From Thermovirgaceae bacterium (GTDB lineage: Bacteria; Synergistota; Synergistia; Synergistales; Thermovirgaceae): DNA of 30,882 nt. Position numbers and translations under genes: made by a program. Of this stretch, positions 28,151 through 30,882 are shown one piece after another. Below the pieces are notes generated by a model. That model had not been told where the DNA came from and made no database searches. It saw only the letters and a program-made list of their open reading frames with translations. Each line of letters begins with the position of its first letter. Position 1 is the first letter of the stretch. The DNA lies in NCBI GenBank assembly GCA_046542505.1, contig JBKHBH010000017.1:1-30882 (forward strand), given 5' to 3'.

Positions 28151-28921
28151 TCAGGAATTTGTCTTTTCGTCTACTTCGAGTCCCCAGACATCACTCTTTT
28201 TTACGTAAAGAAGGGCGTGGAGAACCTGTGATTTAAGCGAAGGGAAACGTGGTTCGAGAAAGGCCAAAAGCTCTTTCATTTCCTGGCGGCGTGTGTTTCC
28301 GTCATAAGGACATTTCGATTCCGTCACGGGAAGGCCCAGACGGAAGGATTCCTGTGAAATGGCATCTTCGGAAAGGTATATGAGCGGCCTGATAGCCCAG
28401 ACTTTTTTACGGCTTCTCCAGGAACAGGGAGAAAAGCATTTGAAACGCCCGGCGAGGAAAAGGTTCATCAGGACTGTTTCAACGGCATCATCAAGAGTAT
28501 GGCCCAGGGCGACGGAAGTGTATCTCTTTTCCGCAGCATGGCTGAAAAGAATGCCGTTCCTGAGGTTTGCACAAAGGCTGCAGGGGGAACGTTCCTCACG
28601 GTCCCGGATGATATCGAGAACAGGGTAGCCGAGGATTTCGTGGGGGACACCGACGCCGGCGCAGAATTCACGAAGTTTTTTAAAACCTTTTCCTTGCCCT
28701 GAGATATCAATCGTTACGGCGGCAAGATCAAATTCAAGAGGACCTGTTTCCTGCAATTCTCGCAGTGCCGAAACAAGAAAGAGGCTGTCCTTTCCTCCTG
28801 ACAAACCGACGAGAATACGGTCACCCTTGTGGATCATGTCATGGGCGGTGAGGGCCTTTGCAATCTTTCGCCGTACGCCCGGGCTCACCGCGGGAGAATC
28901 TGGCCCTGAAACGTTTTTCAC
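28151..28921 (-). CDS. ttcA: TtcA-family tRNA 2-thiocytidine biosynthesis protein (PP-loop)
   Basis: GLSGGKDS, SPCSLCANLR.G, ALGHTLDDAVET, IRPL, CPYDG.TRR. Confidence 0.88.
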   Translation of the reverse strand: MKNVSGPDSPAVSPGVRRKIAKALTAHDMIHKGDRILVGLSGGKDSLFLVSALRELQETGPLEFDLAAVTIDISGQGKGFKKLREFCAGVGVPHEILGYPVLDIIRDREERSPCSLCANLRNGILFSHAAEKRYTSVALGHTLDDAVETVLMNLFLAGRFKCFSPCSWRSRKKVWAIRPLIYLSEDAISQESFRLGLPVTESKCPYDGNTRRQEMKELLAFLEPRFPSLKSQVLHALLYVKKSDVWGLEVDEKTNS

Positions 28922-28972
28922 GCGATCGTCTTCCCCCTTTTCACTATTTCCTCTTCGGGTCGGGATACCGGG

Positions 28973-28981
28973 TGCTATAAT
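28973..28981 (+). promoter_or_regulatory. Extended -10 promoter for the response regulator
   Basis: TG-C-TATAAT about 95 bp upstream of GTG 29076. Confidence 0.6.
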
Positions 28982-29075
28982 TCTATTCCTGGAGCAAAAA
29001 GGCTACGACTGGAACACGGCAAAGAGAATAACACAGGAAGACGAAGGATGCGATAAACATCCCGGGGGTGTAAAG

Positions 29076-29744
29076 GTGAAAAAAACACGTATCGTGATCG
29101 CCGATTCGAGGAGGCTTTTTGCGGAAACTCTGGGTCGTGTCCTCGACGGCGAACATGACCTGCATGTTACGGGGTATGCAGCAGACGGCCTTGAAGCCCT
29201 GCACCTGGTTCGTGAACGAGCTCCGGACGTATTGGTTATCGGGGGATCCCTTCCAAAATATGATGGACCTGAAGTGATCAGGGAACTTTCTGGTTCCGGC
29301 GGGAAAACCCGGTTTCTTCTGCTTGCCGAGGAAGTTGCTCTCGACCGGCTGGCAGAACTCTACGAATCCGGTATACATGGATGCGTCCTCTTGACTTCGG
29401 GGATAGATGACCTTTTAAAGGCGGTCCGGGGTGTTTCAAGAGGAGGTTCTGGATTTGACACCCGTATAACCGGAGATCTTCCGGATATACTTTTAAGAGC
29501 AAGAAAGGAAACGGACCTCTTCGATGATTTGACTCCCCGGGAAAAGGAAGTCGTCTATTGGATCGGACAGGGATTCAACAACGCAAAAGTTGCAGAAACA
29601 ATGGTTCTTTCCGAAAAGACAGTCAAAAACCACGTTGGTCACATTCTCAAGAAGCTCGAGTTGCGTGACAGGACGCAGATTGCCGTACTGGCATGGAGCA
29701 CCGGACTGGCAGTAAAAACACCCGACCAAATAAGAAAAAACTAG
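29076..29744 (+). CDS. NarL/DegU-family transcription regulator with atypical (aspartate-less) receiver domain
   Basis: Receiver fold RIVIAD...PDVLVIG..LP..DG plus LuxR HTH LTPREKEV...G.NN..VAE.MVLSEKTVKNHV..ILKKL..RDRTQ. GTG 29076. Confidence 0.9.
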   Translation: MKKTRIVIADSRRLFAETLGRVLDGEHDLHVTGYAADGLEALHLVRERAPDVLVIGGSLPKYDGPEVIRELSGSGGKTRFLLLAEEVALDRLAELYESGIHGCVLLTSGIDDLLKAVRGVSRGGSGFDTRITGDLPDILLRARKETDLFDDLTPREKEVVYWIGQGFNNAKVAETMVLSEKTVKNHVGHILKKLELRDRTQIAVLAWSTGLAVKTPDQIRKN

Positions 29745-29761
29745 ACAGGTAGGGGATCAGG

Positions 29762-30829
29762 TTGTCGGTTCGCAAAGGTTTGGCTCTTTTTATTTCACTT
29801 ACCGCAGGAGTCAGTGCGATTGTTCTTTTGTCGAGCGTGGATTTCAGTACCTGGAAAATCATCCTGGGGGCTGACAAGTCCAGGCTCTTCGGCGTGTGTG
29901 GTCTCGTTCTGCTCTTCTGGAACCTGGACGCGCTGAAACTCTATTCCCTTGTACATGCGGCTGAAGAACGAATCCGCTACAGGTTCGCTTTTATCCTTAA
30001 CTGGCTGAGGTATTTCGGTTGCGCGATCACGCCTATGCAAAGCGGCGGCGGGCCGTTTCAGGTGTATTTCATGTTCAGGGCAGGGATCCCGATAGGCAAA
30101 GGCGTTGCCATAACGCTGGTATCGACGCTAATGACCCTTTTTCAGGTCGGACTTATCATTCCTCTCGTGATTTTTTTCAAGCCGGAAATGCTCAAGGGAC
30201 GATTCATTCTTCAGGGAGTTCTGGGGTATGTCGTTATTTTCGTCGTCGGGACCTGGCTTCTGGTCGTACTGAGTCTTGTGAGACCCTCGTTGATAAAAAA
30301 ATGGGCCGGCATGTTTTTGATGCTGCTCAAACGCTCGGGAATCGTAAAACCACGGCGTGTACTGTGGGCCCTCCGTAGAATTCACAGGGAAATCGACAAC
30401 TATAACAAAAACTTTCAACTCTTTTTTTCGAAAGGATTTCCGCTTTTTCTCATCGCCTTCGTGATCTCATGGATGCAAATGGTTGCCATGTTTTCCATAC
30501 TCCCATGCCTGATCTGGGCCGTAGGCATCGAGGTAAACTTCGGGGAGGCATTTATGGCGCAGGCGTTGTTCCTGTTTATCCTGTATTTCGTTCCGACGCC
30601 TGGAGCAAGTGGTATCGCCGAAGGAGGGGGAGCGGCCATATTCAGCTTCCTCGTTCCCTGGAACGTGGCGGGAGTCCTGACCATCACATGGAGGTTCTTT
30701 ACGGAATACCTTTCGATCGCAATGGGGACTGTCGTTGCCGTCCGTTTGATCGGGTGGGGACAAACGGAGGCTTTATCACAGGTGGAAAGTGCCGAAAACG
30801 AAATGTATGAGGCGGGTAAGAATGGATAA
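29762..30829 (+). CDS. Lysylphosphatidylglycerol synthase TM-domain/flippase-like membrane protein (UPF0104)
   Basis: Multi-TM protein with ITPMQSGGGPFQ, PTPGASGIAEGG, WRFFT.Y motifs. Confidence 0.85.
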   Translation: MSVRKGLALFISLTAGVSAIVLLSSVDFSTWKIILGADKSRLFGVCGLVLLFWNLDALKLYSLVHAAEERIRYRFAFILNWLRYFGCAITPMQSGGGPFQVYFMFRAGIPIGKGVAITLVSTLMTLFQVGLIIPLVIFFKPEMLKGRFILQGVLGYVVIFVVGTWLLVVLSLVRPSLIKKWAGMFLMLLKRSGIVKPRRVLWALRRIHREIDNYNKNFQLFFSKGFPLFLIAFVISWMQMVAMFSILPCLIWAVGIEVNFGEAFMAQALFLFILYFVPTPGASGIAEGGGAAIFSFLVPWNVAGVLTITWRFFTEYLSIAMGTVVAVRLIGWGQTEALSQVESAENEMYEAGKNG

Positions 30830-30882
30830 CCTGCAAAACCTGGCTTTCAAATACAGGGGCGGAATCTGGACGGTCCTTTTTG
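30822..30882 (+). CDS. Start of a probable membrane protein, truncated by window end
   Basis: ATG 30822 overlapping the upstream stop, open frame MDNLQNLAFKYRGGIWTVLF, GAGGCGG upstream. Confidence 0.6.
   Translation, partial: MDNLQNLAFKYRGGIWTVLF

Overview
Core-genome window from an anaerobic, moderately GC-rich bacterium. Gene content and style suggest Synergistota, but that is inference. It holds a long co-directional housekeeping run (miaB-comEA-comEC-coaX-dus-lysS-ligA-gatCAB), a divergent EF-G paralog, a formate-metabolism island, a glutaredoxin, pgi-panC-sufC/sufB (minimal SUF/SMS type), ttcA, an aspartate-less NarL-family regulator and a membrane protein. The formate island has fdhD on + and NuoE-like, NuoF-like, large catalytic subunit and FNT formate channel genes on -. 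The standout is the large subunit. The ORF track splits it in two (18750..21296 and 17118..18737), but the break is an in-frame UGA at the formate dehydrogenase active site (CAHL-U-H) followed by a SECIS-like hairpin. Read through, it is one ~1367-aa selenoprotein that fuses a NuoG/HydA-type Fe-S module, an inserted circularly permuted NADPH-type GltD/NfnB flavin domain and an intact Mo/W-bisPGD formate dehydrogenase domain. Together with its HydB/HydC-like partners, this predicts an electron-bifurcating complex that may link formate/CO2, NADP(H), NAD(H) and ferredoxin. Rex-like operators lie at the operon promoter and before the formate channel. No mobile elements, CRISPR arrays, tRNA or rRNA genes were recognised.
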